DNA of 63,556 nt, counting the filler. It is 7 parts of 7 records of this genome, joined end to end, with 100 filler letters (N's around TTAATTAATTAA, not from the genome) between each part and the next. Parts side by side here need not be neighbours in the genome. Positions count along the whole stretch, not along the records: positions 29,905 to 35,690 come from DRR723986_16841; positions 35,791 to 43,231 come from DRR723986_16846; 5 more parts are not named here. The stretch is one strand, 5' to 3'. The position numbers were made by a program, and so were the translations under genes. Positions 29,905 through 38,836 of this stretch are shown here, one piece after another (the stretch's first letter is position 1; each line of letters opens with the position of its first letter). Under the pieces are notes generated by a model. The model made no database searches and was not told the DNA's origin. It saw only the letters and a program-made list of their open reading frames with translations.

Positions 29905-29937
29905 ACACCCCCTGTACACCCCCCGTACACCCCCGGT
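29905..29937. repeat. 11-bp tandem repeat (3 visible copies) at the contig start
   Basis: ACACCCCCTGT / ACACCCCCCGT / ACACCCCCGGT. Confidence 0.8.
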
Positions 29938-29953
29938 GCAGACGGAACCGCCC

Positions 29954-31930
29954 ATGACTGCCTTCCCTCGCCTGACCAGCCCGCTAGAGCTGCGCCACAA
30001 GACCCTGCGCAACCGCATCACATTTGGCGCGCATACCGCCAATATGTCGGTGAACGGATTGCCCGGTGACCAGTTCGGGGCCTACCTTCTGGAACGCGCG
30101 CTTGGTGGCGCGGGCATGATTGTGGCGGAACCAGTGCCGGTCCACCGGACGGGGGTGCTGACACGGGGCAATTTTCTGGCCGAAGATGACGCCGTGATCC
30201 CCGCCTTTCGCCGCATCCTTGAGCCGGTGAAAGACGCGGGCGCGGTGGTGCTGCAACAGCTTTACCATGTCGGCCAGCACGGCGATTCAGACCTCAGCTA
30301 TCAGCCCCATTGGGGGCCATCGGGGCGGCCCAGTTACCACGACAGCGATGGCAGCCACGCGATGACCGGGGCCGAGATCGAGGAAATGATCGCAGCCTTC
30401 GTCGCCGCCGCCCGGCGCTGTCAGCAGGCCGGGTTCGACGGGGTGGAGATCTGGGCCGCTTATCATTCGCTGCTGGATCAGTTTTGGACGCCCTGGAGCA
30501 ACCGGCGGGATGACCAATGGGGCGGCTCGCTGGAAAACCGCACGCGGATGTCGATGCGGATTCTGGACGGCATCCGGCACGCCTGCGGCGAGGAATTCAT
30601 CGTCGGCATGTCGGTCAGCTATTCGGACAGCTATTCGGTCAGCCTCGGGATTGATGACCTGACCGAAATCCTGTCGCTGCATGATGCAACGGGGCATCTG
30701 GACTATGTCAGTTGCGGCTCTGGCGGGTATCTGGATTTCGAGAAGCTGATGCCGACCTTCGCCGTGGGCGAAAAGCTGACCGTGCCCGCGACGGAGGTGT
30801 TCAAGCGCGAATTGAAACACGCCAAAGTGCAGGCCGAAAGCGGGATCAGGACGCCGGACAATGCGGAAAGCGTGATCGGATCGGGTCAGGCCGATCTGGT
30901 GTCGATCGTGCGCGGGCAGATCGCCGATCCGCATCTGGCGCGCAAGGTGACGGAAGGCAGGCCCGAGGATATTCGCGGCTGTATTTCCTGCAACCAGATG
31001 TGCTGGGGTCGGCGATCTCGGGACTACTGGATTTCCTGTCTGGTAAACCCGTCGGTGGGGCGCGAATACCAATGGGGCGGGGATCGGTTCACCCCTGCTG
31101 ACGCGCTGAAAAAGGTGCTGGTCGTTGGGGCCGGTCCGGCGGGGCTGGAGGCCGCGCGGGTGGCTGCCGAACGCGGTCACTCGGTCGAGATCCACGAAGC
31201 GGCTGCCGTCATCGGCGGGCAGTTCCGGCTGGCGGGGGAACAGCCGCGCCGGGGGCAGATCACGGAATTGCTCGACTGGTACGAAAGGCAATTCGACCGG
31301 CTCGGGGTGCGCCTGCATCTCAACAGCTTCCTCGATGCAGAGGACGTGCGGGCCATTGGCGCGGATCAGGTGGTTCTGGCCACCGGGTCTTTGCCGGATG
31401 AGGACGCAACGCAACGCTGGCTGCCGCAGCTTGGCCCCCTGCCGGGGCTGGCGAACGGGCAGGTCTACGCCGCCGAGGACGTGATGCGCCGCGATGCGCG
31501 GCTCGGGCATCATGTGATCGTGCTCGACGAGGGTGGCAATATGCGCGGCGTGGGCACTGCGTGGCATTTGGCCGAGGCGGGCAAGCAGGTCACTCTGGTC
31601 ACGCCCGATCCCTTCGTGGGCAAGGAACTGGCGCGCACCAGCGCCGACATTCCGATCCGGGCGCGGCTGGCGCGGTTGGGCGTCCAGATGCTGACGGAGC
31701 ACGGCCTTATGGCATGGCACGGCAACGGGGCGCGCTTGCGCAACCTGCTGGACGGGTCCGAGCGCGAGATTGCCAGTTCCGCCCTTGTCATGACCACCAC
31801 GAACCGGGCGTTTGACCCGCTATCCGAGGCGCTGTCCGACCTCGACCCCATTCTCATCGGCGACTCACAGGCCCCGCGCCAGGCGCCATGGGCCTTTTAC
31901 GAGGGCCGCAAATGCGGCCTCGACATCTGA
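29954..31930 (+). CDS. Old-yellow-enzyme-family FMN/4Fe-4S/FAD oxidoreductase (StcD/DgcA/TMADH-like architecture)
   Basis: TIM barrel (LRNRI, AGFDGVEI, NRRDDQWGGSLENR), CISCNQMC-x11-C cluster motif, VVGAGPAGLEAA Rossmann fold. Confidence 0.88.
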   Translation: MTAFPRLTSPLELRHKTLRNRITFGAHTANMSVNGLPGDQFGAYLLERALGGAGMIVAEPVPVHRTGVLTRGNFLAEDDAVIPAFRRILEPVKDAGAVVLQQLYHVGQHGDSDLSYQPHWGPSGRPSYHDSDGSHAMTGAEIEEMIAAFVAAARRCQQAGFDGVEIWAAYHSLLDQFWTPWSNRRDDQWGGSLENRTRMSMRILDGIRHACGEEFIVGMSVSYSDSYSVSLGIDDLTEILSLHDATGHLDYVSCGSGGYLDFEKLMPTFAVGEKLTVPATEVFKRELKHAKVQAESGIRTPDNAESVIGSGQADLVSIVRGQIADPHLARKVTEGRPEDIRGCISCNQMCWGRRSRDYWISCLVNPSVGREYQWGGDRFTPADALKKVLVVGAGPAGLEAARVAAERGHSVEIHEAAAVIGGQFRLAGEQPRRGQITELLDWYERQFDRLGVRLHLNSFLDAEDVRAIGADQVVLATGSLPDEDATQRWLPQLGPLPGLANGQVYAAEDVMRRDARLGHHVIVLDEGGNMRGVGTAWHLAEAGKQVTLVTPDPFVGKELARTSADIPIRARLARLGVQMLTEHGLMAWHGNGARLRNLLDGSEREIASSALVMTTTNRAFDPLSEALSDLDPILIGDSQAPRQAPWAFYEGRKCGLDI

Positions 31931-31945
31931 CAGAGGAGCACTGAA

Positions 31946-34411
31946 ATGCCCGAGATCCAGAAAGACGAAAGCACCAACGGCAAACCCCTGCCGTCACATG
32001 CCAAGGTGGTGGTGATCGGGGGCGGCGTTGTGGGCTGCTCAATCCTGTTTCACCTTGCGAAATTCGGCTGGAAGGACGTGGTCCTGCTGGAACGTGACGA
32101 GCTGACTAGCGGGTCCAGCTGGCACGCGGCGGGGCAGATCCACACCATCAGCTCGGACCCCAATATCAGCCGCCTTCAGGGCTATACCATTGATCTTTAT
32201 AAAGAGATCGAGGAAACCAGCGGTCATTCCGTGGGCCTGCACATGACCGGCGGCTTCTACGCGGCCTCGACCAAGGAATGGTATGACTACCTCAAGCGTG
32301 AACGGTCCAAGGCGCGCTACATGGGGCTCGATCAGGAATTCATCAGCCCCAAGGAACTGGCCGACCGGCACCCGCTGATCGACACCAGCCAGTATTACGC
32401 CGCCCTTTGGGACGATCAGGATGGCGATCTTGACCCCTCTGGCGCGACTTATGCCTTTGCCAAGGCCTCCCGTGTGCACGGGGCGCAGTATTTCACCCAT
32501 TGCGGCGTGACCGCCACCACGCAACGCGCCGATGGCAGTTGGGACGTGACCACGCCCAAGGGCGTCATCAACGCCGAGATCATCGTCAATTGCGGTGGCC
32601 TATGGGCGCGGGAAGTGGGGCATATGCAGGGGCTGCACATCCCCGTGCAGCCGATGGAACATCACTATCTGATCACCGAGGCGATCCCCGAGATCGTCGA
32701 GCGCATGAAGCCCGGCGGTGCAGGCCGCCTGCCCTGCGGCATCGACTACGAGGCGAATATCTATTTCCGGCAGGAACGGCAGGGGATGCTGCTCGGCACC
32801 TATGAGCCCAAGGGCACCCCGTGGAAGGTCGGCGGCACCCCGTGGGATTTCGGCCATGAACTGCTGCAACCCGACCTGGACCGTATCGCCGACCGGCTGG
32901 AACTGGGGTTTGAACGCATCCCGGCGCTGGCCAATGCCGGCATCAAGGACGCCATAAACGGCCCCTTCACCTTCGGCCCTGACGGAAACCCGATGATCGG
33001 CCCGGTGCCGGGCATGACCAACTATTGGTGCGCCGTGGGTGTCATGGCGGGCTTTTGTCAGGGCGGCGGCGTCGGTCTGACGATGGCCGAATGGATGATC
33101 GACGGGGAACCCTCTATCGACGTGTGGGCCATGGATGTGGCGCGCTTTGGCGATTGGGCGACGCCTGACTGGGGCACGGTGAAATCCACCGAGAATTACG
33201 AGCGTCGCTTCGTGATGACCTTCCCCAACGAAACCCTGCCCAAGGGCCGTTTGCAGAAAACCACCGCGCTTTATGACCGGCTGGTCGCCAAGGGCGCGCG
33301 GATGGGTCAGGGCTTTGGCCTGGAAAACGCGCTTTGGTTCGCGGACGGGCCGGACGATGCCCATGAGGAGCCGACATTCGAACGCAACCGGTCGCATGAC
33401 TACGTGGCGCGCGAAGTGAAGGCCGTGCAGGAGGCCGTCGGCGGCATCGAGATCGCCAACTTCTCGAAGCACGAATTCAAGGGCGCGGGTGCGCGGGACT
33501 GGCTGGACCGGGTGCTGGCGGGCCATGTGCCGAAACCGGGCCGTCTGGCGCTGACCCCGATGCTGACGCCAAAGGGGCGGCTTTATGGTGATCTGACCGT
33601 TGCCTGTCTGGGTGAGGATCACTTCATGCTGTTCGGGTCCGGCGCCATGCAGGACGCGCACCGGCGCTGGTTCGAAAAGGATCTGCCGGGCGGCGTGACC
33701 TATGCCAATGTCAGCGACGACTGGCACGGGATCGCCCTGTCCGGCCCAAAATCGCGGGAGCTTCTGGCGCGGATCACCCGTGACGATGTCAGCGCCGAGG
33801 CTTTCAAATTCCGTGACCTGCGGCAGACCTATGCGGGGGGAGTGCCAGTGATCCTGAACCGGATAAGCTTTAGCGGTGAGCTTGGGTACGAGATCTACTG
33901 CAAACCGCAATACCTGCTGCGTCTGGCCGAGGCCATCGAGGAGGCGGGGGCGGATCTGGGCTATCGCTGGTACGGCGCGCGGGCGTTGATGAGCATGCGG
34001 CTGGAGAAAGGCTGGGGCGTCTGGACGCTGGAATTCCGTCCCGATTTCAATGCCGTGGAAAGCGGCATGGATGTCTTCATCAACTGGAAGAAGGATTTCG
34101 TCGGCAAGCAGGCAACATTGGCCGCGCGTGAGGCCGGACCGAAACGGCGGCTGGTCACCATGGCGATTGAGGCCGAGGGGATCGACGTGACCAATGACGA
34201 GGCGGTTCTGAAGGATGGCGCGGCCGTCGGCTATGTCTCGTCGGGCGGCTATGGTCATCGCACGGGGCAGTCACTGGCCATGGGATATGTCGATGCCACG
34301 CACGCGGGTCCGGGATCGGAGCTGGAGGTCGAGATTCTGGGCGAGATCTACAAGGCCCGCGTGCTGGATGGCCCCAGCTATGACGCGAACGGTGCGAATA
34401 TGCGCTGCTGA
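31946..34411 (+). CDS. Dimethylglycine/sarcosine dehydrogenase-like flavoprotein (DAO + GcvT domains)
   Basis: VIGGGVVG, LTSGSSWHAAG, NGPFTFGPDG, RISFSGELGYE, RLEKG. Confidence 0.9.
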   Translation: MPEIQKDESTNGKPLPSHAKVVVIGGGVVGCSILFHLAKFGWKDVVLLERDELTSGSSWHAAGQIHTISSDPNISRLQGYTIDLYKEIEETSGHSVGLHMTGGFYAASTKEWYDYLKRERSKARYMGLDQEFISPKELADRHPLIDTSQYYAALWDDQDGDLDPSGATYAFAKASRVHGAQYFTHCGVTATTQRADGSWDVTTPKGVINAEIIVNCGGLWAREVGHMQGLHIPVQPMEHHYLITEAIPEIVERMKPGGAGRLPCGIDYEANIYFRQERQGMLLGTYEPKGTPWKVGGTPWDFGHELLQPDLDRIADRLELGFERIPALANAGIKDAINGPFTFGPDGNPMIGPVPGMTNYWCAVGVMAGFCQGGGVGLTMAEWMIDGEPSIDVWAMDVARFGDWATPDWGTVKSTENYERRFVMTFPNETLPKGRLQKTTALYDRLVAKGARMGQGFGLENALWFADGPDDAHEEPTFERNRSHDYVAREVKAVQEAVGGIEIANFSKHEFKGAGARDWLDRVLAGHVPKPGRLALTPMLTPKGRLYGDLTVACLGEDHFMLFGSGAMQDAHRRWFEKDLPGGVTYANVSDDWHGIALSGPKSRELLARITRDDVSAEAFKFRDLRQTYAGGVPVILNRISFSGELGYEIYCKPQYLLRLAEAIEEAGADLGYRWYGARALMSMRLEKGWGVWTLEFRPDFNAVESGMDVFINWKKDFVGKQATLAAREAGPKRRLVTMAIEAEGIDVTNDEAVLKDGAAVGYVSSGGYGHRTGQSLAMGYVDATHAGPGSELEVEILGEIYKARVLDGPSYDANGANMRC

Positions 34412-34532
34412 CCGGGCAGAGCGCCCTGCACGAAGTCCGTTGAGCAGGGCGTACGCAGCTGTCCCCTTTCCCCGCGACGGAAACCACGCCATGGTCCGTG
34501 TCACTCGATGACGCCCCGCCGAAGGACCGCCC

Positions 34533-34892
34533 ATGTTCGCCTTTCTCCGCCGTATCTGGCAGGCCGCGCCTGTTGCCACCGTGATCCTCGGCGGGGCACT
34601 GGCCGTCAGCCTGTTCTTTGCCATACGGCTGGTGGCGTTCTGGATCTACTGGGCGGACCCCGCACATCGCGATCAGGCGATCGAGCCCTGGATGACGCCG
34701 GGCTATGTCGCCCATTCCTGGGGTATCCCGCGCGAGATCGCGTTCGAGACGCTTGGTCTGACTCCCAACCCCGGTGGCCCGCGCACGATGCGGGAACTGG
34801 CGGAGGCGCAGGGCATATCGGTCGCACAGCTTGCACAGGACTTGCAGGCCGCGATTGACGCCTTCCGGGCCGCGCAGGGGGACCGGCCATGA
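34533..34892 (+). CDS. Hypothetical membrane-anchored protein
   Basis: RBS AAGGA, one TM helix, WMTPGYVAHSW motif; ATGA overlap with the DedA gene. Confidence 0.75.
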   Translation: MFAFLRRIWQAAPVATVILGGALAVSLFFAIRLVAFWIYWADPAHRDQAIEPWMTPGYVAHSWGIPREIAFETLGLTPNPGGPRTMRELAEAQGISVAQLAQDLQAAIDAFRAAQGDRP

Positions 34893-35503
34893 CCGACACG
34901 ATTTTCGCGCTTGTCACCACATGGGGGGCGCTGGTGATCTTTGCCTCGTCCTTTCTGTCCTGTCTGGCGCTGCCCATTCCGACCTCGTTGATGATGCTGT
35001 CGGGCGGGGCCTTTGTGGCGGCGGGGGATCTGGCGCTGTGGCAGGTCATCGCCGGGGCCTGGGGCGGGGCCATTCTGGGGGATCAGACCGGATACCTGAT
35101 CGGGCGCCATGGCGGCGCGCCACTGGTCGACCGCATCGCCCGCACGCCCGCGCGCCGGGCGGTGCTGACCCGTGCCCGCAGGCTGGTTGACCGGCGCGGC
35201 GGGCTTGGCGTGTTCTTTTCCACATGGCTCTTTGCACCCCTCGGACCTTGGGTGAATTTCATCGCAGGCACCACAGGGCTGAACTGGCTGCGTTTCACGA
35301 TCTGGGACGTGTTGGGCGAAACCATCTGGGTCACGGTCTATGTCGGTCTTGGTTATGGATTTGCCAGCCAGATCGAGGCGGTATCGGACATTCTGGGCAG
35401 CGCCGTGGGTCTGTTGGCGGGCCTTGCCGTGGCACTGGCCATGGGGGTCTGGATACGCGGGGCGCTGAAGGCTCAGTCGGCAAAAGCCAAACTGGCGGGC
35501 TGA
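34889..35503 (+). CDS. DedA-family membrane protein
   Basis: LPIPTS, GAILGDQTGYLIGR, RFTIWDVLGETIWV. Confidence 0.9.
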   Translation: MTDTIFALVTTWGALVIFASSFLSCLALPIPTSLMMLSGGAFVAAGDLALWQVIAGAWGGAILGDQTGYLIGRHGGAPLVDRIARTPARRAVLTRARRLVDRRGGLGVFFSTWLFAPLGPWVNFIAGTTGLNWLRFTIWDVLGETIWVTVYVGLGYGFASQIEAVSDILGSAVGLLAGLAVALAMGVWIRGALKAQSAKAKLAG

Positions 35504-35542
35504 CGCCTTGCCAGTCCCACGCTGCCGCCCCATATCTGCCCC

Positions 35543-35690
35543 ATGATATTGCGTCTGACACCGATCCTGCTCGCCATCGCCTATGGGCTGGTGATGTACC
35601 ACTTCTCCGCCTGGCGCACGCGGCGCGAGTTGGATGAGAAATCGACCGAACTGGTCGATCCCGGGTTGAAGGCAATCATGGACCGGCTGG
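35543..35690 (+). CDS. Probable M48-family metallopeptidase, N-terminal fragment
   Basis: N-terminus resembles Rhodobacteraceae M48 proteins; the catalytic HExxH is not in the window. Confidence 0.5.
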
Positions 35691-35790
35691 NNNNNNNNNN
35701 NNNNNNNNNNNNNNNNNNNNNNNNNNNNNNNNNNTTAATTAATTAANNNNNNNNNNNNNNNNNNNNNNNNNNNNNNNNNNNNNNNNNNNN
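35691..35790. other. Artificial contig linker
   Basis: N44-TTAATTAATTAA-N44. Confidence 0.99.
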
Positions 35791-35973
35791 GCTGGTCGCG
35801 AGCGGGAAGTGCGGCACTTGCAGTTTACCCAGACCATCCTCGGTCATGATGAACACTGGCCGGTCGGCAGAGGCCGCAAAGGTGGATTTGCCGACCCCTG
35901 CAACGCCGTGGATCAGAATGCGCGGTGGCGTTAGCGCAGAGGTCGTACGCAGGGATGCGAGGGAAATCGCCAT
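35791..35973 (-). CDS. Phage AAA_24/Sak4-like P-loop ATPase, N-terminal fragment
   Basis: PPRILIHGVAGVGKSTFAA, VFIMTEDG; RBS GGGAG. Confidence 0.8.
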
Positions 35974-36176
35974 CAGAACTCTCCCATGTCAGGTTTGTCG
36001 TTGGAAATCGTCGCCACGGTGGTCGGCTTTTCGCCGGTAACAGCCGCGTAGAGCGCATCAAGCCGGTCGGCTTCCGCGAGGTGTTCGAGGGCCTGACGCC
36101 GCATCACGCGCCGCATTTCATCGAGGAGAAAGGGGTCGTCAGTCGGATTGCCGGGGCTGGGAAGACGCGTGTTCAT
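35973..36176 (-). CDS. Hypothetical protein (67 aa)
   Basis: RBS GGAGG; stop/start overlaps with both neighbours. Confidence 0.65.
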   Translation of the reverse strand: MNTRLPSPGNPTDDPFLLDEMRRVMRRQALEHLAEADRLDALYAAVTGEKPTTVATISNDKPDMGEF

Positions 36177-36667
36177 TGCACTGCCTCCCCATCAAGCGCG
36201 GCACCGCCCTTGGCCAAGATTGCGTCGAGGCATTCGCCGAAGCTCCAGTCCGGGTTTTCCGCCCAGAACTGATCCGCCTGGCGCAACGCGTTGCGCCATT
36301 CCCGCAGCGCATGTTGGTCATTGGCGATCTGCATGCGGCGGATGGCGATGGCGCGTTCAAATTCGGCGCGGGACAATTGGCGCGTAGCCACCAGCGTCGT
36401 TCCGTCGATGTCCATAGACACGGCAGCCGGCAGCAGGAACGGTAACGCCGCTTGTTCAGGTGCCGAAGCCTGCTCGGCCTTGAGCTTCAGGCGGCGGGCA
36501 CGGGTGTCGATCCGCGCAACAACGCCATCGATTCCGGCCAGATACTGTCCATCCGCATCGATATCGTCCCAGCGGTTGACCGCAGCTTGCCGCTTGTTGA
36601 TCGCGCGCCCCGCGATCACTTCGCCGACGATCTCGCCGACAACATCATTAAGTCGCATATGTCCCAT
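36173..36667 (-). CDS. Hypothetical protein (164 aa)
   Basis: ATG at 36667 preceded by CAGGAGG; overlaps both flanking genes. Confidence 0.75.
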   Translation of the reverse strand: MGHMRLNDVVGEIVGEVIAGRAINKRQAAVNRWDDIDADGQYLAGIDGVVARIDTRARRLKLKAEQASAPEQAALPFLLPAAVSMDIDGTTLVATRQLSRAEFERAIAIRRMQIANDQHALREWRNALRQADQFWAENPDWSFGECLDAILAKGGAALDGEAVQ

Positions 36668-37478
36668 TTTGGACCTCCTGTTCGTAAAGAGTGGTGAAGT
36701 CGGTGAGCCAGGCCGCTGCACGCCGCATGGGCGCGATTTCCACGGCGTGGCGTGACGCTGGTGGAATGCGCCGCACCGCTTCAGCCGGGCTTGGCTGTTC
36801 ATCGATGCGTTCGACGATCTCGACCAAGCGCTCGTGAATGGCGCGATCCTCTTGCGTCCCAAACACCGCGATCTGGCGGGCCCGCATCTCGGGCGTCAGC
36901 GGCGGCGGGCGACTCTCTTCGAGTTGCCGAACGCTTTCCTGGATGCGCTGCAGCCGGTCGAGTGAGCGTTGCAGCCGATCCTCTGCGGCGCGACGGACCG
37001 CAGAGCGGGTTGGTTCTTCCCCGCGCTGCAGTTTTTCTTCCAAGGTTCGGCGTACGATGCCTGGGTCGGCCTCTTCCGCGTCGCGGATCAGGCGCGCATC
37101 GTGGATTTGGTCACGGCGCAATCCGAGGGTGTTGGAGACGACAACACCCTCTTCCCGGTGCTGGTTCGCACCCAGTCCTGCGACCTCACCGCGCGCCTGC
37201 GCCGCATCATATTCATCCGCCAGTCGCCGCTTGGCTGCTGCTTCGATTTCCAGCGCATCGGCCTGTGCGCGGTGGGCTGCCGCAATCAGATCGTCATGGG
37301 CTGATTTGGCACGGCTCAGTCGAGAGGCGCGCTTTGCGGCGTCATAGGCCAGACCGGCATATTCGCGCGCCTCGAGTACCTCGGCCGCCGACTTGGCGCC
37401 CGCCAGCATGCTGGCCGCGCGGTCAATCAGGCCCGGCAGATCAGAGACACCTGCCGAAATAGGAGCAAGCACCGTCAT
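36648..37478 (-). CDS. Hypothetical alpha-helical phage-type protein (276 aa)
   Basis: RBS GGAGG, ATGA overlap with the upstream gene, Ala/Arg/Glu-rich helical pattern. Confidence 0.75.
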   Translation of the reverse strand: MTVLAPISAGVSDLPGLIDRAASMLAGAKSAAEVLEAREYAGLAYDAAKRASRLSRAKSAHDDLIAAAHRAQADALEIEAAAKRRLADEYDAAQARGEVAGLGANQHREEGVVVSNTLGLRRDQIHDARLIRDAEEADPGIVRRTLEEKLQRGEEPTRSAVRRAAEDRLQRSLDRLQRIQESVRQLEESRPPPLTPEMRARQIAVFGTQEDRAIHERLVEIVERIDEQPSPAEAVRRIPPASRHAVEIAPMRRAAAWLTDFTTLYEQEVQNGTYAT

Positions 37479-37963
37479 TTCCGCGCCTCCGCCGGCTCGA
37501 TCGAGACCTTAAGCGCACCGACCTTCACCGTGCGAGCGGGTTCGAAACCGTCGCGCCACGCTTTGGGCAACGCGTTGAATTTACGTTCCGAGACCGACAG
37601 CTTGGTGTCGATAAACTCAGACGGGTCTTCGCCGCTGGCCGCTATATTCGCGGCGATCTGGGTGAGTTTTTCCTGATCCCAATCGACGCGCTTGGGCAGA
37701 TCGGCCACGACCGCGTAATCGCCGTCCATGAGGCGAACCGTGCCAGTATCCTTGGCGCAAGCTCGGCGGGCCTCGGCGGCGCGGGTTGCGTAGCGCACTT
37801 CAAGGGCTGCGCTGAACCGCGAGGTCGCAGCTTTCAACTGCTTGCTGGCGTGATCCAACTCGCCCTGAAGGGCAGCCAGTAATTCCACAGGCATCTGGGC
37901 CAGATCGCCGGTGGACATATTGAGCATGTCATCCACGCTCGGGGTATTCTTTGGGAAAGACAT
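37475..37963 (-). CDS. Phage-type hypothetical protein (162 aa)
   Basis: ATG at 37963 with RBS CAGGAG; coiled N-half and KRVDWDQ motif typical of genes upstream of phage AAA ATPases. Confidence 0.75.
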   Translation of the reverse strand: MSFPKNTPSVDDMLNMSTGDLAQMPVELLAALQGELDHASKQLKAATSRFSAALEVRYATRAAEARRACAKDTGTVRLMDGDYAVVADLPKRVDWDQEKLTQIAANIAASGEDPSEFIDTKLSVSERKFNALPKAWRDGFEPARTVKVGALKVSIEPAEARK

Positions 37964-37991
37964 TCCGGGTCTCCTGTTCGGGAAAATGACG

Positions 37992-38357
37992 TCAGGCAGC
38001 TGCAAGCAGCCGAGCGAAGGCGTTCGATTTCGGTTCGGATGGTTTCGGCCGGGCAATTGCGAGATAGGCGAAGCGGTCGTTGGCAAGGCGAACCTGCGCG
38101 AGATGCACGAGCCCTTGTTGCGCGGCCCGAAAGGCCGCATCGGCAAGTGCGCGAAGTTCTCGGCGCTGCATGGCGGACAAGCCGCCGAGCTCCATCTCGG
38201 CATCGACCGCGAGAAATCCGCGATAGTAGATCTGGACATCGCCAGGCTGGGCCTGTGCAAGCCATGCGATGAAGGTGATATCGGTCATCGCCGTGGAACG
38301 GACGGGAGCATGCGCCGCGCCGACATCAATACGGGATGCAAACCGCGCCATGATCAT
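37992..38357 (-). CDS. Hypothetical protein (121 aa)
   Basis: ATGA overlap with the AlpA-like gene; WLAQAQPGD...YYRGFL...GLVHLAQ motif recalled from alphaproteobacterial prophage proteins. Confidence 0.7.
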   Translation of the reverse strand: MIMARFASRIDVGAAHAPVRSTAMTDITFIAWLAQAQPGDVQIYYRGFLAVDAEMELGGLSAMQRRELRALADAAFRAAQQGLVHLAQVRLANDRFAYLAIARPKPSEPKSNAFARLLAAA

Positions 38358-38566
38358 CGCGCCGCCCGCCGCTGCATGTGCTGCGAAGTGCTCTCGAAGC
38401 GTTGGGCATTCTCAAAAGCCTCGACATCCTCGAGCCGATAGATGACGCGGCCGCCGATCTTGAGAAAAGCCGGCCCTTCTCCGGTCCAACGCCAGCGCTC
38501 GAGCGTGCGGGGGCTGATCTTAAGCCGAGCCGCCAGCTCGACTTGGTTGAGATTTGTGGGTGACAT
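38354..38566 (-). CDS. AlpA/excisionase-like HTH protein
   Basis: LNQVELAARLKISPRTLERWRWTGEGPAFLKIGGRVIYRLEDVEAFE; RBS CAGGAG. Confidence 0.9.
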   Translation of the reverse strand: MSPTNLNQVELAARLKISPRTLERWRWTGEGPAFLKIGGRVIYRLEDVEAFENAQRFESTSQHMQRRAAR

Positions 38567-38698
38567 CGGTCTCTCCTGTGTTGCTCATGGAGAGGTGATG
38601 CCAAATCCTTTGTATGCGTTCGTCCCACAAGTGGGATGCACATGACGATTTTCTAACCCAATGATCTGCAAGGAAATTCCGCAAAGGCAGCCCGCGAT

Positions 38699-38748
38699 GC
38701 AGACAAGCGCATACGAGCGCAGACCAAATGCATCCCAAATGCAGACAA
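38699..38748. repeat. Five helically phased GCA(G/T)(A/C)C direct repeats
   Basis: GCAGAC 38699, GCATAC 38709, GCAGAC 38719, GCATCC 38730, GCAGAC 38741; spacings 10, 10, 11, 11. Confidence 0.7.
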
Positions 38749-38788
38749 AGGCCCGAGTCGCAGCAGCAGTCTGCCGACCCGCAGAATC

Positions 38789-38813
38789 AAAAAAGCCCGC
38801 CAGAGTGGCGGGC
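38789..38813 (-). terminator. Intrinsic terminator
   Basis: Minus strand GCCCGCCA-CTC-TGGCGGGC-TTTTTT, about 23 nt downstream of the 38837 stop. Confidence 0.8.
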
Positions 38814-38836
38814 GGGCGGTTGGCATGGAGCAATCG

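Noticed and set aside
30287-34258. Long antisense ORFs (477 and 552 aa) over the two oxidoreductases, and the many similar overlapping ORFs in GC-rich segments
   Set aside because: Stop-codon scarcity in GC-rich DNA; they fully overlap well-supported genes
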